A stretch of DNA of 64,000 nt from an uncultured Eubacteriales bacterium (lineage in GTDB: Bacteria > Bacillota > Clostridia > Christensenellales > CAG-138). Both the position numbers and the translations under genes were made by a program. Of this stretch, positions 32,979 to 41,635 are shown in pieces. The stretch is from the NCBI GenBank assembly GCA_902802575.1, contig CADCMN010000014.1, forward strand, positions 3,793 to 67,792, written 5' to 3'. Numbering within the stretch: the first letter of the stretch is position 1; each line of letters starts with the position of its first letter. The notes under the pieces are model-generated. The model ran no database searches. It worked only from the letters and a program-made list of their open reading frames with translations, and was not told the DNA's origin.

Positions 32979-33103
32979 GTATGTGAACAGGCCGCCTTGA
33001 AATATTACATTTTTGTGGGGAAAATGCAGTTTTTTCCTGTAATAAATCTCGGCTGACGGGGAAAAGTAATCGCGAAAAGCAAAGCAAAGGAGGTGAAACG
33101 TAA

Positions 33104-33295
33104 ATGGCACGCAACAGCTCTATGGTTCCTGAAAACCAGGACAAGCTCGGCAACTTCAAGTCTGAGGTGGCTTCTTCCCTGAACATCAACCTCAAGCAGG
33201 GTTACAACGGCGATCTGACCTCTCGTGAGGCCGGCAGCATCGGCGGCGAGATGGTGAAGCGCATGATCGAGTACGCTGAGAAGAACATGCACTAA
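33104..33295 (+). CDS. ssp: Alpha/beta-type small acid-soluble spore protein
   Basis: FKSEVASSL, NGDLTSREAGSIGGEMVKRMI. AAGGAGGTGA RBS. Confidence 0.93.
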   Translation: MARNSSMVPENQDKLGNFKSEVASSLNINLKQGYNGDLTSREAGSIGGEMVKRMIEYAEKNMH

Positions 33296-33388
33296 CTCGT
33301 ACTACACGCAAGAGTCCTGCGTATGAACCCATACGCAAACAACAACACGGCTGCTCGACCGGCGCTGTGATAAGGATACAGGCAAGAG

Positions 33389-33420
33389 AAAGGCCCTCCC
33401 GGTTCGGAAGGGCTTTTTTC
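33389..33420. terminator. Terminator between ssp and recG
   Basis: AAAGGCCCTCC...GGAAGGGCTTTTTT. Confidence 0.7.
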
Positions 33421-33436
33421 GTTTGATGCGCTGCCA

Positions 33437-35437
33437 TTAATTCAGCGCGATCTTTTCCATATGCCGATACCGACCCCGGGCGGCTTCCAGCAGTTGATCG
33501 TTCTCCAGGGAAGGAATGCCGTACACCTCCCCCGCATCCGCGGACGCGGCCTCCAGCAACGGCAGGGGGCAATCCTTCAAAAACCCGTTCTCCCGTTCCT
33601 CCCCCGCCTGGCGAATGCCCATGAGATCCCCCGCACCGCGCAGCTCCAGATCGCGTTCGGCGATCCTGAATCCGTCGGTGGTATCCAGCATGGCCTGCAG
33701 CCGATCCATGGCGGTTTTCTTCTGCTCATAGACCACCAAATAGCAGTGGGCCTGCTGTTCTCCCCGGCCCACCCGGCCCCGCAGCTGGTGCATGGCGGAC
33801 AGGCCGAAGCGTTCGGCGCCTTCGATGACCATGTGGGCGGCCTGGGGCACATGCACCCCCACCTCTATGACCGTGGTGGAGATGAGAATGGGTGTTTCCC
33901 CGGCGTGAAACCTGGCCATGATAGTTTGCTTCTCCACCTCGCTCATGCGGCCGTGAAGCTTGGCCACGGGCACTTGCTCCTCCAGGATCCCCCTCACTTC
34001 GTCGTACACCTCCTCCACGGAGAGTCCCTCCAGCCCTTCCGTCTTTTCGATAAGGGGACAGACCACATAGCTCTGCTCCCCCTCCTTCGCCCGGGCAGCC
34101 AGATACCGATACATATCCTTTCGCTTGGCTGGCCCCACCAGATGGGTCTTGATGGGCTTGCGGCCAGCGGGAAGCTCGTCGATGACGGACAGATCCAGAT
34201 CCCCGTACAGGATCAGGGCCAGCGTCCGGGGGATGGGCGTGGCGCTCATGACCAGCACGTCGGGCCGAATCCCCTTCTGCTCCATGGCATAGCGCTGCGA
34301 AACGCCGAAGCGATGCTGTTCATCGCAGATCACCACGCCCAGACTATGGAAGTGTACGCTTGGAGAAAACAGGGCGTGGGTGCCTGTGACTGCTTTCCAT
34401 GCGCCGCTTTCGATCTTTTGCAAAGCCTCCCGCTTCTCCCGCGCGCTCTCGCTGCCCAGCAGAAGCCCGCATCGGTCCCCAAACAGGGGCTTCAGCGCTT
34501 CATAATGCTGGCGGGCCAGAATCTCCGTGGGCGCCAGCAGCGCCCCCTGATAGCCGTCCCGAGCGGCAGCATACAACGCAAACAGGGCGATGCTGGTCTT
34601 GCCGGAGCCCACGTCGCCTTCGATCATTCGGTTCATCGGCACGGCGGCGGCCATATCCCGGGCCACCTCGGAAAGGACCCGCATCTGGGCATGGGTGGGC
34701 GTGAAGGGCAGGGTCCTCAGATATTCCGGCAAAGTCTCCAGCGCGGAGAAGGATATGCCGTTTTTGCGCTTTCGCTCCTCCTTCAGCTCCTGAGAGGCCA
34801 GAAAATAGTAGAGCGCGTCCTCATAGGCGCGGCGTCGGCGGGCGGCGGCCAGCTTGCCCTGATCGACGGGAAAATGAAGCTCCCGCAAGGCCTCCCCCCT
34901 TCCGGGGAGCAAACGCTTCGCCCGCAGGGCAGCCGGCAGGGTTTCTTCGATGACAGCGCCTTCCAAGGCGGCACGGATGCCATCCCTGAGGTTGGTTTGC
35001 GTCAAGCCCTTGACGGTATCATACACGGGGACGATCCCCCTTAGCTCCTTGGCCAGCGATGGGTTGAGCAGGGCCGGGGCGCCTTTCTCCCCCATATGGA
35101 CCCTGCCGGAAGCGATGTAGGTTTGCCCCGTTTCCAAGCTCCTGGCCCGATAGGGCTGATTGAAATACCGCAGGGCCAGGCGCTTCCCCGCCTGGTCCCG
35201 TCCATAGACCGTGACGGTGGTGAGCCCCTTGCGAGAATACCAGGAGGGCGCGGAAGTCAGCGTGACCCGGACGGAAGCGAAGGTCCCGTCTTCCAGCTCG
35301 CTGACAGGTGTGCAGGCTGAATAATCGAGATAGCTGCTGGGATAGTACGTCAACAGATCGCCGAGGTTTTCGATCCCCAGCTGGCGCAGCAGCTCTATAC
35401 GCTTCGGGCCGATGCCCTTGATGTCCGCAAGCTTCAT
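33437..35437 (-). CDS. recG: ATP-dependent DNA helicase RecG
   Basis: GIGPKR, EGDVGSGKT, CDEQHRFGV, MSATPIPRTL, TTVIEVGV, AERFGLSAMHQLRGRVGRG. Confidence 0.95.
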   Translation of the reverse strand: MKLADIKGIGPKRIELLRQLGIENLGDLLTYYPSSYLDYSACTPVSELEDGTFASVRVTLTSAPSWYSRKGLTTVTVYGRDQAGKRLALRYFNQPYRARSLETGQTYIASGRVHMGEKGAPALLNPSLAKELRGIVPVYDTVKGLTQTNLRDGIRAALEGAVIEETLPAALRAKRLLPGRGEALRELHFPVDQGKLAAARRRRAYEDALYYFLASQELKEERKRKNGISFSALETLPEYLRTLPFTPTHAQMRVLSEVARDMAAAVPMNRMIEGDVGSGKTSIALFALYAAARDGYQGALLAPTEILARQHYEALKPLFGDRCGLLLGSESAREKREALQKIESGAWKAVTGTHALFSPSVHFHSLGVVICDEQHRFGVSQRYAMEQKGIRPDVLVMSATPIPRTLALILYGDLDLSVIDELPAGRKPIKTHLVGPAKRKDMYRYLAARAKEGEQSYVVCPLIEKTEGLEGLSVEEVYDEVRGILEEQVPVAKLHGRMSEVEKQTIMARFHAGETPILISTTVIEVGVHVPQAAHMVIEGAERFGLSAMHQLRGRVGRGEQQAHCYLVVYEQKKTAMDRLQAMLDTTDGFRIAERDLELRGAGDLMGIRQAGEERENGFLKDCPLPLLEAASADAGEVYGIPSLENDQLLEAARGRYRHMEKIALN

Positions 35438-35442
35438 GATTC

Positions 35443-35465
35443 AAAAAAGCCGCCGTTCGGCGGCT
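35443..35465 (-). terminator. Terminator between fakA and recG
   Basis: Minus strand AGCCGCCG-AA-CGGCGGCT-TTTTT immediately before the recG start. Confidence 0.6.
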
Positions 35466-35476
35466 CAAGGTGTTTC

Positions 35477-37132
35477 TTAGATCACTGAGAAGTAGTAGCT
35501 GTATAAGGGTTGTCCGCCATTGCGGCTCATGAACTCGGACTCGGGATACTTCTCCGCCAATCGAGCGACGAGGGCGTCCGCTCGTTCCTCGTCCACATCC
35601 GCGCCGTAATACACGGTAACGGAGCATTCGTCATCCCCCAGCTTCTCGATCATGTTCTGCACCAGCTCATAGGCGGCTTCGTCCGCCTCGGGGCTCACCG
35701 TGTTCAGATCCCCATCCAGCATGCCGATAAAATCGCCCTGATGTATGACCTTGCCATTGAGCTGGGTCTCCCGCACCGCGAAGGTGACGGAGCCGGAGAT
35801 GACCTCCTGGAACGCCTCGGTCATGTTGCTCACATTGGTCTCCAAAGACTCATCGGGGTTGAAGGCCATGGCCGCGGCGATGCCCTGGGGAATGGTCTTG
35901 GTGGGCAGCACCTCCACATGGCAGTTGCACAGCACGGAGGCCTGGTTGGCCGCCAGGATGATGTTGCTGTTGTTGGGCAGTATGAACACGTTTCGAGCGT
36001 TCACCTGATGCACCGCGTTCACGATGCTGTCGATGCTGGGGTTCATGGTCTGGCCGCCGGAGATGATATGATCCGTGGACAGGGCCTTGAACACCTCGTC
36101 CACGCCTGCGCCGGAGCTGACGGAAATGAGGGCGAATTCCTTCTCGTTCTTCTTGCGGTTGGCCGCCAGCTGCCGATTCTGTTCCCGCATGTTCTCGATC
36201 TTGATGCGGTCCAGCTCGCCGTAGCGCATGGCCATCTGCAGGACCTTGCCGGGGCAGTTGGAATGGACGTGGATCTTCACCGTGTCGTTGTCGCAGGCGC
36301 ATACCACGGAGTCTCCCACCCGCTCGAGATGCTTGCGGAACTGATCGAGATCCTTCTCCTCAAACCCATCATAGAGATGGATGATGAAGAACTCGGTGCA
36401 GTAGCCAAACTGGATATCTTCAGCACTGAACTGGTCGAAGTTGGCCGTTTCGCTGGTCTCCCTCTGCTCGGGCTTCTCTTCCGCAGGCAGCTCATCCAGG
36501 TTCACCTCGCCGTTCATGGCCATCAAAAAGCCATGGTAGATGAACAACAAGCCTTTGCCGCCGGAGTCCACCACGCCCGCCTCCTTTAGCACGGGCAGCA
36601 GATCCGGGGTCATTTTCAAGGCTTCCTCACCCTTCTGGAGGCACAAGATCATCAGGGCCTGACAGCCCATCTGGTGGTCCTCCTCCACCGCCCTCACGAC
36701 CTCGTCGGAGATCATGCGGGAAACGGTGAGGATGGTCCCTTCCTTGGGCTTCATGACGGCCTTGTAGGCCGCTTTGGTCCCCTCCGCCATGGCGGCGGCA
36801 AAGCTGTCGCTGTCCAGCTCCTCGTGGCCTTTGGCGGCTTTATAGAAACCGCGGAACAGCTGAGAAAGGATGACGCCGGAGTTTCCCCGAGCGCTGCGCA
36901 AAGCGCCGGAGGAAACCTTGGCCATCACTTCTTCCACGGTGGCAGTCTCGGGCAGATTCCGGAGGTCCTTGACGGCCCCCTGCATGGTCATGGACATATT
37001 GGTGCCCGTATCCCCGTCAGGAACGGGGAACACGTTCAAAGAGTCCACCAACGCCCGGTTCTTTTCAAGCAGCGACGCGCCGGAAAGAAACATGTCCCGG
37101 AGCAGTGCGCCGTCTATCGTATCTTTAATCAA
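35477..37132 (-). CDS. fakA: DAK2-domain fatty acid kinase catalytic subunit (YloV/FakA)
   Basis: LNVFPVPDGDTGTNM, ARGNSGVILSQ, GVVDSGG, YCTEF, GGQTMNPS. Confidence 0.93.
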   Translation of the reverse strand: MIKDTIDGALLRDMFLSGASLLEKNRALVDSLNVFPVPDGDTGTNMSMTMQGAVKDLRNLPETATVEEVMAKVSSGALRSARGNSGVILSQLFRGFYKAAKGHEELDSDSFAAAMAEGTKAAYKAVMKPKEGTILTVSRMISDEVVRAVEEDHQMGCQALMILCLQKGEEALKMTPDLLPVLKEAGVVDSGGKGLLFIYHGFLMAMNGEVNLDELPAEEKPEQRETSETANFDQFSAEDIQFGYCTEFFIIHLYDGFEEKDLDQFRKHLERVGDSVVCACDNDTVKIHVHSNCPGKVLQMAMRYGELDRIKIENMREQNRQLAANRKKNEKEFALISVSSGAGVDEVFKALSTDHIISGGQTMNPSIDSIVNAVHQVNARNVFILPNNSNIILAANQASVLCNCHVEVLPTKTIPQGIAAAMAFNPDESLETNVSNMTEAFQEVISGSVTFAVRETQLNGKVIHQGDFIGMLDGDLNTVSPEADEAAYELVQNMIEKLGDDECSVTVYYGADVDEERADALVARLAEKYPESEFMSRNGGQPLYSYYFSVI

Positions 37133-37153
37133 CTTCGTATCCTCCCGCGCCGA

Positions 37154-37510
37154 TTATACCACGCGGATCCCTTCTACATGAATGTTCACGCTGTTCACGT
37201 TGACGCCGGTGAATTCCTCCACCCGGTACTTCACGTTGCTCTTGCAATTGGAAGCCACAGCCGGCAGAGAAACGCCGTACTGTAAGATGACATACAGATC
37301 GATGTCCACCAGGTTCTCTCCCACGGTGGTCACTTTGATCCCTTTCTTCAGGCTGTCCCTGCCCAGCAGCTCCGCCAGCGTGTCGCCGGTGCGCTTCGAG
37401 CACATGCCGACGATCCCATAATTCTCCACGGCGGCATAGCCCGCCACCACGGAGACCAAGTCCTCCGCCACAGAGATTTTGCCATATTCATTCCTGACTT
37501 CAATCGTCAT
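37154..37510 (-). CDS. yloU: Asp23/Gls24 family envelope stress protein (YloU)
   Basis: ENYGIVGM, V.Y.VEEFTG..V.SVNIHVEGI, upstream of fakA. Confidence 0.9.
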   Translation of the reverse strand: MTIEVRNEYGKISVAEDLVSVVAGYAAVENYGIVGMCSKRTGDTLAELLGRDSLKKGIKVTTVGENLVDIDLYVILQYGVSLPAVASNCKSNVKYRVEEFTGVNVNSVNIHVEGIRVV

Positions 37511-37576
37511 GCTGCGTCTCCTTTCCGTATTCCCTTTATGTGAGCTTACGCATGCCGGATAGCCGGTTATGCCTGC

Positions 37577-38323
37577 TTACTCCTCTTCCTCTTCGGGCAG
37601 GTTGCCGTTGTGATAGACCTCCTGCACGTCGTCGTTGTCCTCCAGGTTTTCCAGGAAGCGATTCACCTTCTCCACCGTCTCGGGGTCGCTGATGTCCACG
37701 GTGTTCTGGGGGATCATGGCCACTTCTGCGCTGAGAAAGGTATACCCCTTGTTTTCGAGGGCTTCCCGTACCGCAGAGAAATCAGCCGGCGCGGTATATA
37801 CCTCAAAGACGTCGTCCTGAGGCACAAAGTCCTCGGCGCCCGCGTCCAGAGCTTCCATCATGACCTCGTCCTCGTCCATGAGGGCGGTGCGCTCGATGAT
37901 GATCTGGCCCTTCTTGTCGAACATCCAGGCCACGGAACCGGTGGCGCCCAGGTTGCCGCCCGCCTTGGAGAAGATATGGCGCATCTCCGCCGCGATGCGG
38001 TTGCGGTTATCGGTGACGATCTCCACATAGACGGCCAGATTGCCGGGGCCATAGCCCTCATAGGTGATCTCCTCGTAGTTGACGGAGCCAGCCTCGCCGG
38101 CCGCCTTCTTGATGGAACGATTGATGTTGTCGTTGGGCATGTTGGCTGCCTTGGCCTTGGCGATCACGTCGCGCAGCTTGCTGTTATTGGCAGGATCGGG
38201 ACCGCCGCCCTCTTTGACGGCGATGACGATCTCACGACCGATCTTGGTGAAAATCTTGCCGCGGGCGGCGTCGGTCTTTTCCTTCTTGTTCTTGATGTTT
38301 GCCCATTTGGAATGTCCGGACAT
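37577..38323 (-). CDS. yebC: YebC/PmpR family protein
   Basis: [33 protein letters not shown]. Confidence 0.95.
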   Translation of the reverse strand: MSGHSKWANIKNKKEKTDAARGKIFTKIGREIVIAVKEGGGPDPANNSKLRDVIAKAKAANMPNDNINRSIKKAAGEAGSVNYEEITYEGYGPGNLAVYVEIVTDNRNRIAAEMRHIFSKAGGNLGATGSVAWMFDKKGQIIIERTALMDEDEVMMEALDAGAEDFVPQDDVFEVYTAPADFSAVREALENKGYTFLSAEVAMIPQNTVDISDPETVEKVNRFLENLEDNDDVQEVYHNGNLPEEEEE

Positions 38324-38346
38324 AGTAACCTCCTGAAAGTGAAAAA

Positions 38347-39018
38347 TTATCCCAACAGAGATGCGGCTTCCTCATCCAAAAGGAAGGTGACAGCCGCATG
38401 CAATTGCAGCATACTGGCGGGCAGACTGGAATTCACCGCCCCCCGAATGACGCTCTGCGCCGTTTCGGCCATTCCCTGGCCGGTCATAAGGACGATAAGC
38501 TTTTTGGCGGACATCAAGGTGGACAACCCTGCCGTCACGATCTTATCCCCGTGGTAAAGCTCCACATGAGTGGTAGGCGCGATTTCCCCGTCCGGAGCGT
38601 TGAACAGCAGTGAGCCGTCTGTACCCACGGTCAGCAGCGCCACATCCAGACCGCCCGCCTGCAGGATGGCTTCCTCAAAGCCGTGACAGCTGCTGGCCCA
38701 GTCGTCGGAAGCGTTGTCGGGCGCGACCACCTGCTCCGGTCTAAGGGACAGTTCCCGCAGCATGGCGTCGTCCAGAAAGTCGCGCAAAGCCGGTTTCCCC
38801 TCCTCACGGACCCGCTCGGAAAGCTGGTAGACGGTAACCTTCCCCCAGCTCAAAAGGCCATTGGCCGTCATGGCTGAGAGAGAATGGTAGGCGGGCGTCA
38901 GGGCAGCCGCGCAATCCAATCCCATCACCAGGGACGGTTTTTCGATGAGCTGACCTCCCAGAAGCGTGGCCGCTGCGGCCGCCGCCGTCTGGGCATCCGA
39001 AAAGACCAGAACGCTCAT
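38347..39018 (-). CDS. NagB/6-phosphogluconolactonase-fold protein with a degenerate active site
   Basis: Overall NagB pattern ([12 protein letters not shown]...[23 protein letters not shown]) but no recognisable GLATG, LDEY or GH motif. Confidence 0.75.
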   Translation of the reverse strand: MSVLVFSDAQTAAAAAATLLGGQLIEKPSLVMGLDCAAALTPAYHSLSAMTANGLLSWGKVTVYQLSERVREEGKPALRDFLDDAMLRELSLRPEQVVAPDNASDDWASSCHGFEEAILQAGGLDVALLTVGTDGSLLFNAPDGEIAPTTHVELYHGDKIVTAGLSTLMSAKKLIVLMTGQGMAETAQSVIRGAVNSSLPASMLQLHAAVTFLLDEEAASLLG

Positions 39019-39956
39019 TCCCGCTCCCCTCCTGCCGCCACAGCCTCCAGGAACAGAAGCACATCGGCGTAGACTTCCTGCCGATTGGTCTCGTTCAGGA
39101 TCTCATGACGGGCGCCGGGATAGAGCTTGAAGGTCACATGGGTGTGACCGGAATTCTCCAGGAATCGGTCGACTTTCCTCACGCCCTTGCCCATGCCGCC
39201 CACGGGGTCCATGTCGCCGGAAATCAGCAGGATCGGCATGTTGGGCACCTTGGCGGCCCACTTGGCGTTGGCGATATGGCCCATAGCGCCCATGAGATCA
39301 GCATACCCATAGGGCGTGAAGGGGAAGCCGCACAGGGGATCGTCCATGTACGCCTTCACGTTCTCCTCGTCCCGGGAGAGCCAGTCAAAGGGGGTCTTGG
39401 CATTGGGGATCTTCTTGGCGAAGCCGCCGAAGCAAAGCTTATCCAGCTTGGGGCTGGGCGCCATGCCCCGTCCCGCCTTGATCTCCCGGCCGCAAAGGAA
39501 TTTTCCGATGGCCGCCATGGGGTTAGGCCCGGAGGTGCCGCAAAGGACCACCGCGTCAAAGTCGTTGGTGTAGCGAGAAACATAATCCTGGCTCAGCAGC
39601 GAGCCCATGGAATGGCCGTATAACGTGACGGAAACCTGGGGATTCTCCCTGCGCACCGTGGCGCAGATGGTGCGGATATCCAGCAGGGTTTTGCCCCAGC
39701 CATCCTCTGTGCCGAAGTAGCCCCGGGGCATTCCTTCCTTCCAGCTTTTGCCATGGGAGGGCAGATCGAGTCCGGATACCAGAAAACCGTTTTCCGCCAG
39801 GTACCTGGCAAAGGCGTCATAGCGGGCGATATGCTCCGACATGCCATGCACCAGCACCACCGCGCCTCGGATCTCCTCCGGGATCCACTGCCGATAGATG
39901 ATGTCACACAGCCCCGTTGCGGACGGAAATTTGCGTTCCTTTTGTGTGATGCTCAT
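39015..39956 (-). CDS. Alpha/beta hydrolase (lysophospholipase-like)
   Basis: VHGMSEH..RY, GHSMGS, GDMDPV, GARHEILNE. Confidence 0.9.
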   Translation of the reverse strand: MSITQKERKFPSATGLCDIIYRQWIPEEIRGAVVLVHGMSEHIARYDAFARYLAENGFLVSGLDLPSHGKSWKEGMPRGYFGTEDGWGKTLLDIRTICATVRRENPQVSVTLYGHSMGSLLSQDYVSRYTNDFDAVVLCGTSGPNPMAAIGKFLCGREIKAGRGMAPSPKLDKLCFGGFAKKIPNAKTPFDWLSRDEENVKAYMDDPLCGFPFTPYGYADLMGAMGHIANAKWAAKVPNMPILLISGDMDPVGGMGKGVRKVDRFLENSGHTHVTFKLYPGARHEILNETNRQEVYADVLLFLEAVAAGGERE

Positions 39957-40032
39957 CCCTATGAACCTCCACAATACACAAGATAAAGTATTTTAGCACA
40001 TTGTCACAAAAATATCAAGAGATTGAAATCAT

Positions 40033-40221
40033 TCATTCGGATAACAGCAAGATTATGTCCTGTTCCTGCAAAATCCGGCCCTCTCCGCTCAGCTTGTAGA
40101 GCAAGGCGGCCAGCTTTCCCACGCTGACGCCCAGTTCCTTTGCGAGAGCTTTTCGATCTTCTATGCGGCAAGCGCCCCGATAGGCGCGTGCCCGGAGCGC
40201 TTCCAACAGTTTTTCTTCCAT
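40033..40221 (-). CDS. Small stand-alone (winged) HTH protein, 62 aa
   Basis: GGAGGAG RBS, own TTGACA-17-TAAGAT promoter, RKALAKELGVS....LYKLSGEGRI resembles Crp/MarR-type wHTH. Confidence 0.6.
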   Translation of the reverse strand: MEEKLLEALRARAYRGACRIEDRKALAKELGVSVGKLAALLYKLSGEGRILQEQDIILLLSE

Positions 40222-40241
40222 AGTCTCCTCCGCTTTTTTGT

Positions 40242-40292
40242 ATCTTATTGCTTTTGTCCGTTCTTGTCAACAAAGGCGTCAGATGATATAAT
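40242..40292. promoter_or_regulatory. Overlapping divergent sigma-A promoters (xth operon and small HTH gene)
   Basis: Plus: TTGTCA(40264)-17-TATAAT(40287) with extended TG. Minus: TTGACA(40270)-17-TAAGAT(40247). The two -35 boxes overlap. Confidence 0.7.
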
Positions 40293-40298
40293 GCTTCC

Positions 40299-41057
40299 AT
40301 GAAACTGATCTCATGGAATGTAAACGGCCTTCGGGCCTGTCTCACCAAGGGTTTCCTGGATTTCGTTCAGGCGGAACAGCCCGACATCATCGGGCTTCAG
40401 GAGACCAAGATGCAGCCTGAGCAGGTCAATTTTGATCTGCCCGGCTATACGATGTACTTCAACAGCGCTGAGAAAAAGGGTTACTCCGGCACCGCCGTCT
40501 TCGTGAAGGAGACGCCGCTGGCCGTGACCTTCGGCATGGGCGTGGAGGAGCACGACCACGAGGGACGCGTTATCACCCTGGAGTACCCGGAGTTCTACTT
40601 CGTCACCGTGTATACGCCCAATTCCCAGGATGGGCTCAAGCGTCTTGGCTATCGGATGACGTGGGAGGACGCATTTTTGGCGTATCTGAAGGAGCTGGAT
40701 GCGAAAAAGCCCGTGATCGTCTGCGGGGACCTGAATGTGGCGCACCAGGAGATCGACATCAAAAACCCCAAATCCAACCGCATGAACGCCGGATTCACCG
40801 ACGAGGAGCGGCAAAAGATGACCGTGCTGCTTTCGAGCGGCTTTGCGGACACCTTCCGCCGCCTGTACCCCGACGCCCGGGACCGGTACTCCTGGTGGAG
40901 CTATCGCTTCCATGCCCGGGAGAACAACGCCGGCTGGCGTATCGACTACTTTTTGGTCAGCGAACGGCTCATGGATAAAGTCAAGGACAGCCTGATCCTC
41001 AGCGACGTATACGGCAGCGACCACTGCCCCGTGGAGCTGCTTCTGGAGGCCCTATGA
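40299..41057 (+). CDS. xth: Exodeoxyribonuclease III / AP endonuclease
   Basis: SWNVNGLRA, LQETK, KKGYSG, YTPNS, CGDLNVAH, GWRIDYF, GSDHCPV. Confidence 0.95.
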   Translation: MKLISWNVNGLRACLTKGFLDFVQAEQPDIIGLQETKMQPEQVNFDLPGYTMYFNSAEKKGYSGTAVFVKETPLAVTFGMGVEEHDHEGRVITLEYPEFYFVTVYTPNSQDGLKRLGYRMTWEDAFLAYLKELDAKKPVIVCGDLNVAHQEIDIKNPKSNRMNAGFTDEERQKMTVLLSSGFADTFRRLYPDARDRYSWWSYRFHARENNAGWRIDYFLVSERLMDKVKDSLILSDVYGSDHCPVELLLEAL

Positions 41058-41635
41058 AGATCATTTTAGCCTCCCAATCCCCCCGTCGGCGGGAGATACT
41101 GCAGCTCATGGACATCCCCTTTGAAGTGATCGAAAGCCACGTGAAGGAGATCCCCCCCGCGGGCGCCACACCTGAGGCGCTGGTGAAAGCCCTGGCCGAG
41201 CAGAAGGCACGGGCCGTATTCGCCCTGCATCCGGAGGACTGCGTCATCGGTGCGGACACGGTGGTGGACCTGGACGGCCGGGTCCTTGGCAAGCCCCACA
41301 CTCCCGAGCGGGCCAAGGAGTATCTGCATCTGCTGCAGGGGCGGAGCCACATCGTGTACACCGGCGTCTGCGTGCTGACCCCGGGCCATGCGGATATCCG
41401 CTCCGCCCGGACGGACGTGACCTTCCGGCCCATGAGCGACGCGGAGATCGACTGGTACGTGGACACCGGGGACCCCCTGGACAAAGCGGGTTCCTACGGG
41501 GTCCAGGGGCCGGCCAGCCTGTTCGTGGACCACTTGGAGGGGAACTACTTCAACATCATCGGCATGCCCGCCCCCACCCTTTATGAGATGCTGCTCCAGG
41601 CCCACGTGATCGACGAGCATCACCGGGTCCTATGA
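41054..41635 (+). CDS. maf: Maf family nucleoside triphosphate pyrophosphatase
   Basis: ILASQSPRRREIL, IGADTVV, LGKP, DKAGSYGVQG. Confidence 0.93.
   Translation: MKIILASQSPRRREILQLMDIPFEVIESHVKEIPPAGATPEALVKALAEQKARAVFALHPEDCVIGADTVVDLDGRVLGKPHTPERAKEYLHLLQGRSHIVYTGVCVLTPGHADIRSARTDVTFRPMSDAEIDWYVDTGDPLDKAGSYGVQGPASLFVDHLEGNYFNIIGMPAPTLYEMLLQAHVIDEHHRVL

Noticed and set aside
33039-33070. Possible forespore sigma-F/G promoter for ssp (GTAATA...GGGAAAAGTA)
   Set aside because: Plausible, but the match is too loose to call without TSS data.
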